Positions 52,740 to 64,000 of a DNA stretch of 64,000 nt are shown here, one piece after another. The stretch is from contig NC_042997.1 in the NCBI RefSeq assembly GCF_006345805.1, positions 149,544,001 to 149,608,000 on the forward strand, read 5' to 3'. This DNA comes from Octopus sinensis. Taxonomy: Eukaryota. The notes beneath the pieces were generated by a model. The model did no database searches and was not told the origin of the DNA. It was given only the letters and a program-made list of their open reading frames with translations. The position numbers and the translations under genes were made by a program. Positions within the stretch are counted from its first letter, which is position 1. Each line of letters opens with the position of its first letter.

Positions 52740-53590
52740 TATCAGGGAAGACAAACAACACATTGCAAGACTCCCAACCCCGACAAGTGACATTAAATCA
52801 GCAGCCAGTTGACAAACTGATTCGTGTTAACAGGGAACTCACATTCTATGAGATTGATATAGAAGTAAGCTATGGTGATAATGCATTAATGAAGATGATA
52901 GAAGATATTATATACCGAAAAGATTTTGAAAAGTGAGTACTTTGGCCGTTGACACTGATTTGAAGAAGACAATTTGAGTCTTCAGAAGCTGCTCATTTTT
53001 ACCGGAATTGTTTGAAACCAATGAATCCACGTTCCGTTTTTTATCGATCAGGAGAAAAACGGAAACGAACTCTTCTTTTATGATTAAAGCTGAAAGCTCA
53101 TTGGGTTGAATGCTTTCACACTTCTTCAAAACTAAAAATTATCCAAAGCCAGCTAACATTAGATAAACTCATTGTTCTTGATTCACATATATATTTTTTG
53201 GGAAACAAAGAAATTATTCTCCTTCATTTTAAGGAAAGTGGTTGCAATGTGAATAGCAATTGTTACATTGAAGCATTTAGAAAAACTTAAAGAAGCCTTT
53301 AGGTGTTAGACATGGCAATTCGTTTTTACACACATCTTTGGCAACAAATCAGGTAGTCAGCAAATTCGACTGATACGTGGTATTCCATCCACCGTAGTAG
53401 CCATATCTATGTCTCTCCGACTTCCAGATGTTTGGTCCAATGAAAGAGAGTCTTCAAGGTGAAAGACTGGATGAAAGAGACGAGGGTATAGCAGCTGTGA
53501 AGAATTGTGTACTACGGGGCACACGTGAATTTTGACAAACAAGATTCGAGATGTAAATGTATTGATTTTGATGATGTATATTAGAAGTAC
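52740..53590 (+). mobile_element. Mariner transposase relic
   Basis: Decayed HTH (LIRVNRELTFYEI), VFHPP**PYLCLSDFQMFGPMKESL (PHPPYSPDLAPSDFHLFG-like) and C-terminus. Confidence 0.8.
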
Positions 53591-53962
53591 CTATGTACAG
53601 ACGTATAGATGAAATATCACTTTATGAAAATTTGCAATTTGAACGATCTATGTCAGTTCATGAAAACATAATGTCCACTTTTGTATAACTTTTGGGACAC
53701 CACGGGAACAATATTATCAGGCTCTGACTACAAAGCATTTTATCTCTTAGCGGCCAGTAAATGGTATACACAGAGAAACATTATGAATAAGTTCCTCATA
53801 GGTATAGAAACTCGTTAAATTAATCCTCTTATTACTCGGAGGCAGAGATGCTTTGAGCCTTCACTTTTTTTAAAATGTTCTCAGTGCTAATATATTGTAT
53901 ATTTATTTAGGATACTATTCAGAAGCATCATCGTGTAGTGCACTATAAATGAATTAACTCTG

Positions 53963-54103
<141 letters not shown>

Positions 54104-54849
54104 AGGGACAGATTTTGGAAATCTGGTTGTTACGCTTAAGGCATAGAGTTGATGGTTTGTTAGGCCACTCTGATAGAAAAGTAAAACCCCTACATATATC
54201 GAATTTACTATAGGAATTTAAACTAACACAAAACAAATACAATAACTATAATTTCCTTTCCTATTTCAACATGAATTTAATTAAAATTGTAAGCAGACAT
54301 CTGTCTAATTTGAAAAATTGATAAATAATAATTCATTAAGCGGATGCATCTATATGCAAGTATATTGTTCGACACGTGCATACACTTATTACTGAACCAT
54401 ATCTGTATTTAATTGTTGGCATATGTATGAATATATGTGTGTATATGTGCTTGGGTTCTACTATAGGTGTTATACACTTGTGTATATATTCAAGATAACT
54501 AATAAATGGTTTAAGAGATAAAGATTTTACCGCAAGATATATATCTTTCCCAAAGAAACAAAGGATATACGAGTTGTTCAATGTTTCAGTATATGTTCAC
54601 ATATTTCATTTCTGATCTGCACATGTTTTCGCAACATTTCCATATGAGTAAGTGTGCTTTGGCTAAAACAATTGTATCGTGGTTGGGCCACACTGTACAT
54701 TAGAAATATATACTCCATTATGTTGAGGTTTACTGTATTTTATAGTAATGTATTATAAAGCAAGTACAAATCTTTCGTACTTCTATGCCGTCGACACCGA
54801 TTACTTTTACACTGCCTGTCAATCATTATATATAATTTAGTTTGTGTTT

Positions 54850-55290
54850 GAAACACTGACCATGACAGAAAAAGTTGTCATGGTGATAACTACACAGAGG
54901 CCTGCACAATGTTGCAGAGAGTGTAAGGCGTGGTGTGTATGAGCTGCACACAAGTGTACGCATGCTTTGGGTGTTTCCAAGATGGCCGAAAAACTGTTGA
55001 GATTGATGGACGTTATGGGAGACACACAATCAGTAGAACTGACAAAATCGTTGCAGATGAGCTCACAGCTGTGAGGGGAAAATCGTTGAAATCACTATCT
55101 ATGAGTTATCAGAAGATGTGTAGATTAGTTACGGTTCAATTCAGTCCATTATCACAGAAGATTTGGGTATGTGACGTGTGTCTGCCAAGCTTATGCCAAA
55201 ACTGCTTTCAACTGCCCAAGAAGACACTCGGGTTTCAGTTGCACAAACATCTCCTTGATTGTGTCGAGAACACTGAAAAAATTTTGAAAA
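54850..55290 (+). mobile_element. Mariner transposase N-terminal relic
   Basis: MSCTQVYACFGCFQDGRKTVEIDGRYGR and, after a frameshift, ITIYELSEDV*ISYGSIQSIITEDLGM*RVSAK. Confidence 0.85.
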
Positions 55291-57538
55291 TTTTGCGTAG
55301 GCCTCTGAGCAGATATCGCCAACATTTTAACACACTTCTCTGGCGTATTCAATTGGACGATCACACGCTAGACACCTTCCTTCCAAGAACTGCTGTAAAC
55401 GGCGAAATTGAGCTAGAACGTTAAAACGTAGTGCTTATGTACAAAGCTAAGTTACTCTGCATGCTTTAGTTTCATTACTATGGCAGCGGTGCATATACTT
55501 ATTGATCAGAGCTTCCTCCCTGCCTGTCTGTCTTCCTCTCTACCTGTCTCTCTCCTTCTTATTTTTCACCCTTTCTGGTTTCTTCTCCTCTCTCCTCCCT
55601 CTGCCACCCCTCCTCCACCTCTCTCGTCGCTGACCAGAGGGCTACTAACTTTCTTTCTGCTAATATCTTTAACCAGGCAACACCGGCTTTTCCTGTCTTC
55701 GCTAGCCGGTCTTCAGAATGCGTTCTAATGAATTTTTTCCACCGTCTAGGCTTAAAAAAGCCCTTATTGTTGGTTTCCAAGTTTATGATGGTTGCATCAC
55801 TTGACCTAAGAGTGCATTACGATGTAATCACTACCACCAAATTTTAACAATGATATTAAAACTTTCTAATTAAATCATATGACCACCAATTGTGAAATTC
55901 TTTTGTCGATTGCATCGATTCCTCTAATGGACTGTTACTTTTTATTGACCTGAAAGGTTAAAAACAATTTGAACACAGAGCGTAAAGGGCAACAGCAAAT
56001 ACATGAAGATATTTTCCAACACACAATAAAATTTACCGAATTAGAACTAAATAGAACTCTAGATAAATACGAAAATTTGTTCATTCCTTTCAGTTTCACA
56101 GACTAGTTTTCTATTTTGCTTTTGTTTTATTTTCAAAACGTCTAAATATTTCTCTTTCTGGTGTCTGTAATCTATTCTGATAAATCTGGCTATAGTTGAA
56201 AATTATGCATTGGTGGGAAATCTAAGGACTGAAGACCTTTTAAAATGATTGCTTGCCTGCATAAGGCTTTGTATACATTATAGTTACGCCACTTGATAGA
56301 ACTTTTTTCATTCAAAGTCAAGTGTTTGCTCCCGATCCAACATTAAGTTATTTATCATTTTAAGTTTCGTCATATGTTATACCTGGAAGGGAATGAATCA
56401 GTTGGACTTATAACACTATTTTTCGGCAACAGAACATACGTATGCTTTCGTATGTAAATGTTCATATACATGGGGTTGTATATGCCTTCATATACAACCC
56501 TATGTATGAAATATGCATAACTGTGGAATGTATATGCTAATACAGTGTACATGCTTGTTTTAATTAGTTAATAGTATGATGATTTTAATACAAGAGAAAC
56601 TTTCGATTTTTTCAAAATTTCCATTTCCCTAGTCGCTTATTCCATGTTAGAAAATACTCGAATACCAGTATATGTATTTATTAACTTCTTTATCTCTATT
56701 TAAATTATTTTTTTATTTGGTGGGTTTCGCTACCGTTCAATTAAGATAGCAATTGCAGTTCTGTGAGATTTCAGTGGTCTAGTATATAATTTCGTTACTG
56801 TTTCTCAAGCTGTTTCTTAATACACATTAATTCAGGCTCGACTTACTTTTGATATCCAGCTAGAAATCAGATATTGCATTGTGTATTATTAATATTTTAC
56901 TGAGTTTTTTTCATTTCTAGCCTCTCGATTTTGTATGGATTTTATCAATACTGCACTCATTGCGAAAGCCAACCACCTGAATAATGTGGTACAAGCATGA
57001 TATATATTTTTGCTCTTCATCTGGTACTTACTAGATATATATTTTTTTATGGTTTTCCTATTATTTCCACTATATTGGTTATTTATCCCCCTTATTATGT
57101 ATATATTTCTTGCATTCTAAACAATAGCGACATATAGAATGTCCAAGATTTTACTTCTGTTTCTCTTGGCAAGGAATTGATTTCTTTTCACAATTTATAT
57201 AATGCTCAACTCGATAAAATCGACTTGGCTTAAAGGTATTTTTTTTCCTTTTACGATGGCTCTTTTGCGTAAGGATAGATTTTGAGTATTTAAATTGTTA
57301 AGCATTCTTCAGATATGTATACAAGAATCATATATTTTAAGGCACTGTCTCTCTTTGCATATTTGTAATCTCGCGTTTGATCTTATTTCAGGTTTGAAAA
57401 ACCATTTCTTAATGTTCTCTGATTATTGATTCTCCAACTTGTTAACTTGGGTTCAGCTGTTGTTATAATAGAAATCATATAGTTGAGATACCATATTTTA
57501 CGACCCCTGAGGATTAGATATATGTACATATATATATA

Positions 57539-57590
<52 letters not shown>

Positions 57591-58689
57591 TGTGTGTGTG
57601 TGTATGTGTATGTGTGTGTGTGTGCGCGTGTGTGTGTGTGTGTATATATATTTATATATATATATGTATGTATATATGTATGTATACACAAGCATATGAG
57701 GTGATGAGATCTCAAATACTGTTTACTTTCTTTTTTCAGCATATCTATAAGTTGTCTTTTGCTGCATTTTTCCCTTGTGTTTTGTTTCTTTATTTATTCT
57801 TAGTGAGTGTCTTTCTAGAGAGTGTCTTTTGCTATTCCATAAATATTTCATAGATTTTCCTTATTTCTTAAATAATTTCCTGCACGGCCACTTTAGACAT
57901 TTTTAAATTCTAACAGTCCCACTCTTGGAGCAAAGCATTCCGAATTAAACAGGAGAAAGATAATAGACAGCATTTGATAGGATTGTATATATTCATGCTT
58001 TCATCGATTTTACCTTTCACCCGGTTGCAAACGCGGGATTTTTGGTATATTTAGTGTACTCAAGCGTTACAGTAATGTTTCCAGTTCGAAGAAAGCTTCC
58101 TCTCTGTCTTCTACAAATAACATACGCTCTGAACAAGGGATTACTGCAAGGTGACCCTCACTAGTTACAAAGCAAATCTAAAGCACACATTTATGGACTT
58201 TACGAACGTCTTTAACATTTTATATTATTGCCTTATTCCCAAAGTTAAACTTTGGTGGCTTTCTCTTAGCTTTTTTAAAACCAACATATATTACTATTGA
58301 ATTGTTCGAATCGGTAACTGATTGGCAATATCAGACTGCATACAGGATTTCGATCATTTTTGCATGCTGTTCTATTCATACAAAAATATGTTTTACTTGG
58401 GTTATTGCCGATTCGACGTATAAAATCCAACGCGGTCGACCTTTAAATTTAGCGTTTAGGGTCTGACGAAGTAATCAAGTATTTTGAATATGCAGCCATT
58501 CATTACTTCAAACACTGAATATATATGAGCCTCAGAGAATTTAGACGATATACTGCAATCGTTATTGGTGAGTAACACTGATATATTCAAGTGAACGGAA
58601 ACAATATATTGATAATTAAGTTTCCGTAATATGTTTGTTATAATAGCTTTCTGATTATGAAAAATGTTTTAAGTTACATATATTTTCAG

Positions 58690-59720
58690 GTTAACAGTCT
58701 CTTGCGATGTGGTCTGTACAGATGACGGATTTTTTTCATTCTTTCAAATCGCTGTTTCCTTGATTTTAATAGCACCATTTTATATTATCTCACAAAGATC
58801 CGATGATCGATCACGCATACAATCACCAATCTTAGATGCCATCTTTTCGAAACAATTACTTCAATTTGCTTTTGTACTTACTTAACTTTTCAAGCGTTTC
58901 GAAGAGGTGTTCTAATTTGCTGGGAGTGACATATCCATGAGCAATAATGTTTCGTTAGTGTGATATTTCCTCATATTTTCTGCTCTTTGACCGCAATAGC
59001 TCGATCACTGCCCCAAATAACGCACATATGTCTACGTTCTACTATTTACTCGCCTTATGTTATTTCCAGTTTTTTTCTCGCAGAGTGGTCCAGTCTGACA
59101 ACTTATGATCATTACAGACAGCATTCTCTATGATGATGATTAATCTGCTCAACTGCGGTTACATTACGGTAGCTTCTAGCTACCGTAGATAAGATGACCC
59201 CTTATTTCATTAGCTGAACTACAAGAGACGAGAAGAGTAAGCACCATTTCAAAGAATGTTGGTTTAGTAATTTCCAGCACGCAAGAATTGCTTAACTTAA
59301 CGGAATTGAGCAATTCCCTTAATGTTTCATTCATTACGCTGTTCTGGCGTTCCATTTGATTTCGATTGTGCATTTATTTGCTTTGTTTTCACAATGGTTT
59401 CTTCTGTTTCCCCTGCTTGAACTTCCCTATTCCTTTGCATATCTTATTGACTTGCTTTTATATTGAACAAAACTTTGAAGTACTTTCATACTTGAAGACA
59501 TGCTCAACCACCTATTCATTAGCGTTATCTATATAGGTGTTTTACCCTAAGGTTGATGTCTCTAATTTTAGTAGCAACTGCATCACTTCATGTAATTTGT
59601 TCTTTCGAGGGTTGTACTGTTTGACTTTGGATGATACATTGAGAGAAACTTATGTATATTTTGTGTCCCTTTAAACTATTTATGGGCACGTTTATGTTAA
59701 ATATGCTGATTACAATAGGT
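58690..59720 (-). mobile_element. R4/Dong-like LINE C-terminal (REL endonuclease) relic
   Basis: rc LLMDMSLPAN*NTSSKRLEKLSKYK resembling CLLIDMSIP.D.NI..KE.EKLSKYKDL. Confidence 0.65.
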
Positions 59721-59821
59721 ATAGCCAGTGTATGGCATCAATCCTTTTGTCATTTAGATCACATTTTAGGAAAGTACTTACTCTGTCAGTAATCTTACCA
59801 TATTCTCTGGTGTTTTTATGT

Positions 59822-59837
59822 TTACTGAATGCCATAT

Positions 59838-59893
<56 letters not shown>

Positions 59894-59906
59894 CTCGCTC
59901 TCTCTT

Positions 59907-59941
<35 letters not shown>
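59822..59941. repeat. (CT)n/(CA)n microsatellite
   Basis: Direct reading. Confidence 0.98.
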
Positions 59942-59942
<1 letters not shown>

Positions 59943-59944
59943 CT

Positions 59945-61865
59945 AAATATTAATAGGTTGCCTTCAAGTGACTATTCCTAATAACTTCTTCCTGAGCGGC
60001 TACAATTTACACTTTGGTCTCGTTTTAGTTCTCCGTCCGTCACCGAAAGCTATCATTTTCTTCCAGCATCCTGTGTTTGTTGCAAGAATTGGCTATGTAA
60101 TTCCCTCTCCTTCCATCTGCATACTCTGTTCGTTTTTCTGGTCTTGAATTTAACTGTTTCAGTAACAGTTTGGGCATTCCTAGCTGCTTATAGTATTCTT
60201 TTCTTAAACAGTTCAAATAATATCGCGTACAAATTTTATCTTCGAGTTTAGTAATTTTCTGCTTCCGTCTCCTGTTAAGTAGAATGTGTCGTATTACTTT
60301 TAGGGTAGTGTGCGTTGTGCATTGTCGGCAACTTTCTAGTTCTATTCAAGTTCTCTAACCCTACCTTGGTTCAATTCAGAAAGGGAACAGAGATATTGAT
60401 TTAATGAGAGATGTTCTCTCTCATTTCCCTTTCATTAACCTATCGTCTTCAAGCACCCCTAGCTAATTTTATTCATCGTTGTTCTACAGTGAACTAATAC
60501 CGTTGTCTTGTGGTAATTTTATGTCATTACATTTTCCCTTCCGGCCTCTCTTCATTAATACCAGTGCACATATATTCGCCCCAAACTGCATTCCATTATT
60601 CTTGCTGAATACCCTTTTGATCAGAGAATTCTTGTCTTTCTCATTTTTGTATATAGATTGTCTTTCTCATTTTTATATATAGATTGTCTTTCTCATTTTT
60701 GTATATAGATTGTCTTTCTTATTTGTGCATATAGATAAAGCAGATTATCTATTTTTACATATAATTCGATAAATTCATAGGCAGACCTGGATTCACAGTG
60801 AATTCTACTTCCCACATTCTCATTACTTTGTCCAAAAAGCTGTGTATCTCATCATTGGCTCCGAGCGTTGTAAGACACTCGAAGAGCCTGATGTGCGGAA
60901 CATTGTCATATTTCCCTTTAGTCTATCCAGCCAAGAGTAGTTAAATTCTTATTTCTTACTCGTATGTCATTAAGTATCATCCTATCTGTAAACATCATTC
61001 TTTTGACTTCTTTCTGCACCCGTTTTACTCCACTGGCGACAAATTCTCCTTTTCCAGAACGTTATATATTTCATCCGCAATGAGGCCACTTAATAACTTC
61101 CAAAGTAATGATAAACACGTATTAAGCCTATAACTGCTGGCTTCCCCTCACTTTTCTTTGTCCTTCCCTATCAGCACTCTACTTCTTTATATCAGTAAGG
61201 TCCATAACTGAATAACAGGTTTTTAAGAATCTCGAGGGCTTTCAGTTTAGCATTTTCTTGATCATGTCTTTCATTCTCTTATTCGCAAGTATTATATTTT
61301 CATTTTCACCCCATTTCCCATTTCTCTTTAAATTCCTGCAAACAGCCTGGTTTTATATATCGCTGAAATACTTTACTCCAGATTCCTCCCCAGCATTTTC
61401 TTGTTGCTTCAACATCTATCATATCTTATCCCTGGAGATTCTCTTCATTGTTTAGGTCTTCAAAGAAATTTCTTCCGTTGAATTATCAGTCCTGTCGCTA
61501 CTGATACATCCTCTGAGGTATCTGTTTTATTTTACCGACACTACTTTGAAGTTTTTGCCTTAACTCTTTTAAATGCAGGTAGACTTCTGTCTCAAATGCT
61601 CTTTTCTGTGATTGCCTGTATCCGTCTAAGAGCCCTCTTGACCTGTTTCATTTGATTCTAAAATCATCGCTTCCGCCATGGGACATTGACCTTTCCTACT
61701 CTTTGACTTTTAGTCGCAAAAATGCGTCAATAGCTACGTAATATATTAAGTAGTTTAGATTTCTTGTATTTTCAATATAGACTCTCGTTAACAGGACGTC
61801 CATTTTTTCGCTACTTTACTCAGTTTTCTTTTTCGTTTCCTTTCAAAACTGGTTTCTATCTTTAA
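59945..61865 (-). mobile_element. R4/Dong-like LINE, decayed N-terminal + RT region
   Basis: rc segments SPWRKR, LWKL.SGLIADE, GWID*.KYDNVPH, LGVLEDD, GELKR..IVAAQ. Confidence 0.7.
60635..60736. repeat. 26-bp minisatellite, about 4 units
   Basis: Unit TCTTTCTCATTTTTGTATATAGATTG, head to tail, no spacers. Confidence 0.95.
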
Positions 61866-61934
61866 CTATTACGTGTCTCATTAACGTTCACATTTTGCAG
61901 TAATCTTCCTGCCTTGTGCCAAAATGTTACACAT

Positions 61935-62053
61935 TTCTTCTTCTTCTTCTTCTTCTTCTTCTTCTTCTTCTTCTTCTTCTTCTTCTTCTTCTTCTTCTTC
62001 TTCTTTCTTCTTCTTTTTCTTCTTCTTCTCCTCCTTTCTTCTTCTTTTCTTCT

Positions 62054-62088
<35 letters not shown>

Positions 62089-62270
62089 TTCTTCCTCTTC
62101 TTCTTCTTTTCTTCTTCTTCTTCTTCTTCTTCTTCTTCTTCATCCTCTTCTTCTCTTCTTCATCTTCTTCTTCTTCTTCTTCTTCTTCTTCTTCTCTTCT
62201 TCTTCTTCTTCTTCTTCTTCTTCTTCTTCTTCTTCTTCTTCTTCTTCTTCTTCTTCTTCTTCTTCTCCTT
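61935..62270. repeat. (TTC)n/(GAA)n trinucleotide array
   Basis: Direct reading, ~335 bp with interruptions. Confidence 0.98.
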
Positions 62271-62274
62271 CATC

Positions 62275-63395
62275 CTTTGCTGTTCCAGTTTTAGATTGTA
62301 TTTCAGTTTGATTTACAGCTTTCAATATTTCTTTTTCTTTTTCAGCTTTTCAGTTTTCTTTGCTTCTGAAGTAGGTATTTATGTAGTCCTACGGTGGTTA
62401 TTTTGTAATAGTTCTCTAGCTGTTTAAGGCCTCCACCACCTTCGATACGTTGAATATATAACCTTTCTACGTCAGATTTCGTATGGCGCATCCTAAATCC
62501 TGTCCTTATTTTTCTTGCTTTACTGTCTAGTTTGATTAGTCCATTTAGAGTCTGGTTAAGAAATATCGTAGCTGTAACTCATAACTGGGACGACCCTAGA
62601 GTGTTGATACTTATCTTGTTGTTCGCACTGAGCTCTGTTTTCAGTATTAATCTAACTCGACTATAGTATACTTTTCTTATCTTTTCTTTAATTTATGTGT
62701 GTTGCATCGTATTTAGTTCATTGATTTTTAATTATTTGTATGTCTGGCTTTGCTCTAATCCTCTTATTTCATTTGCTTTATCTAGTGTGATGTTGCTACT
62801 CTTAACTAGTTTTCGTCTTTTCAAGGTTGCTTTGGCACACTTTTCTAAGCCAAATTTGATGTTTATTTGTTTGGTAAATACATGTATTGGCTGCAGTAAT
62901 GTTTCCAGCTGTTTATCATTCGTAGCTTGCTGTTTTAGATCATCTGTGTATGAGGCGGTTGATTCTTTTGCCGTAACACTTGTATCTACATCCAGTTCTG
63001 TTTAGCATGTCAGATAAAGGTGTTAGTGCCAAGCAGCAAAGGAATGGAGAGAACGTGTCTCCCTGAAATATTCCTCTACTAATAAGGATGTATTTGAATT
63101 TTATGAGCCTCTCTTTTGTCTGGGGGTGTAGCACTGTCTGCCGTCTATTCATTGAATATTTTATATATTTTATGCTTATTGGTGCTACCTTGTTCATGGC
63201 TAGTGTTTCTAAGATTCTTGTGTGGAGAATACTATCTAAAGCCTTTCGGTAATCGAACAAGTCATATGCCATTGGTTTCATCCACTCTATTGCAGATGAG
63301 GGACAGCGGAGACACTTGTTCTTTCCAAACGTTGAAATTCCAGTTCATGGTCAAAGCTTGGTCATGTATGCCAGTATAGAGCTCACGGTCTCTTT
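62275..63395 (-). mobile_element. R4/Dong-like LINE RT core
   Basis: DYRKALDSILH, RGIFQGDTFSPFLCCLALTPLS, TDDLK, FGLEKCAKATLKR, KSDVERLYIQRIEGGGGL. Confidence 0.9.
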
Positions 63396-63419
63396 TTTTA
63401 GTGTTCCTTTCTTCAGTTA

Positions 63420-63995
63420 TTCCCACCTATTTAAAGCAACATCTGTTTAAATTGATTGTGTAGTCCCTGGTTGTGTATTTCTTCTTCGCGACCTTTTTGT
63501 ACTTCTTCCTTCATTTTTACCTTTTCCCTGGAAAATACACCCTCGTCTCTAAACTGACTTTAGCGAGGTTTCCTTACTTTGGGCTTGGTATCTCATTAAG
63601 ATCTCGACTTTGATACGTACGCAGTATTTCACACCTGTGAGTCCTCTTCCTCCATTTGCTCTCTTCATGTATAAGTGATCAGTGTCTGCCCGTGGATGAT
63701 GGGATCCATACCTCGTTAGGAGCTTTCTTGACTTCCTACGTACCTTTTTTTATTTCCTTCTCTTTCTACTTTCGGATTCCCGTGCCATAACGAACTACTG
63801 CGACTTTAACTGATTTTATAGCCAAAATTATGTCTCTGACATTCAGCATTGAAGCTAATATCCTCTCACTCGTCGCAGGTGCTTTCTTTTTGTCTTTTCT
63901 TCCATTTCTCGTGTTTGATTCTATCTGCCTCAAGTATTCCCAGATGGATTGAAGTTGAATTGCCTTCATCATTTAACCATTTGTCAACTCTATGC
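63420..63995 (-). mobile_element. Additional R4/Dong-like post-RT fragment
   Basis: RILASMLNVRDIILAIKSVKVAVVRYGTGI and HPRADTDHLYMKRANGGRGL. Confidence 0.8.
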
Positions 63996-64000
63996 CTTCT

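Noticed and set aside
55480-55780. ORFs 55480-55728 and 55559-55780 with a strong acceptor near 55677
   Set aside because: Low-complexity pyrimidine tract; frames after the acceptor stop without a good donor
58520-58568. GTGAGT donor near 58568
   Set aside because: No good upstream acceptor with an open frame; lies among LINE debris
60635-60736. Regular 26-bp repeats as a CRISPR array
   Set aside because: Head-to-tail units without spacers, inside a LINE relic, eukaryotic context, no cas genes

Overview
Very AT-rich eukaryotic DNA, mostly intronic or intergenic, saturated with microsatellites ((AT)n, (ATAG)n, (ATGT)n, (CA)n, (GA)n, (TTC)n), with one 100-N scaffold gap. The tRNA-derived SINE families and repeat landscape look like an octopod cephalopod (Octopus-like); this is inference from recalled repeat consensus sequences. 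Nearly all long ORFs in the supplied track are microsatellite artefacts or decayed transposon pieces. Recognisable mobile elements: a pogo/Tigger transposon with both TIRs nested in a Penelope RT, three mariner relics, a Tc1-type MITE, a ~1 kb non-autonomous Helitron, CR1-like and RTE fragments, a stack of R4/Dong-like REL LINE fragments at the right end, and three SINE families. The best host-gene signal is a + strand spliced gene. Exons 17477-17527 and 28769-28867 join in phase 0 to give MKTFLQIFFLW-TLIALINISLICGNFDGCASSRAASRDSLHERL, a signal peptide or signal anchor of unknown family; further candidate exons are weaker. Other notable items are decayed Penelope-type hammerhead ribozyme motifs, a LINE ending in the same 3' tail as the commonest SINE, and several fold-back palindromes. 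No rRNA, bona fide tRNA gene, CRISPR array or prokaryote-like system is supported. Element boundaries are read by eye and approximate unless termini are quoted.
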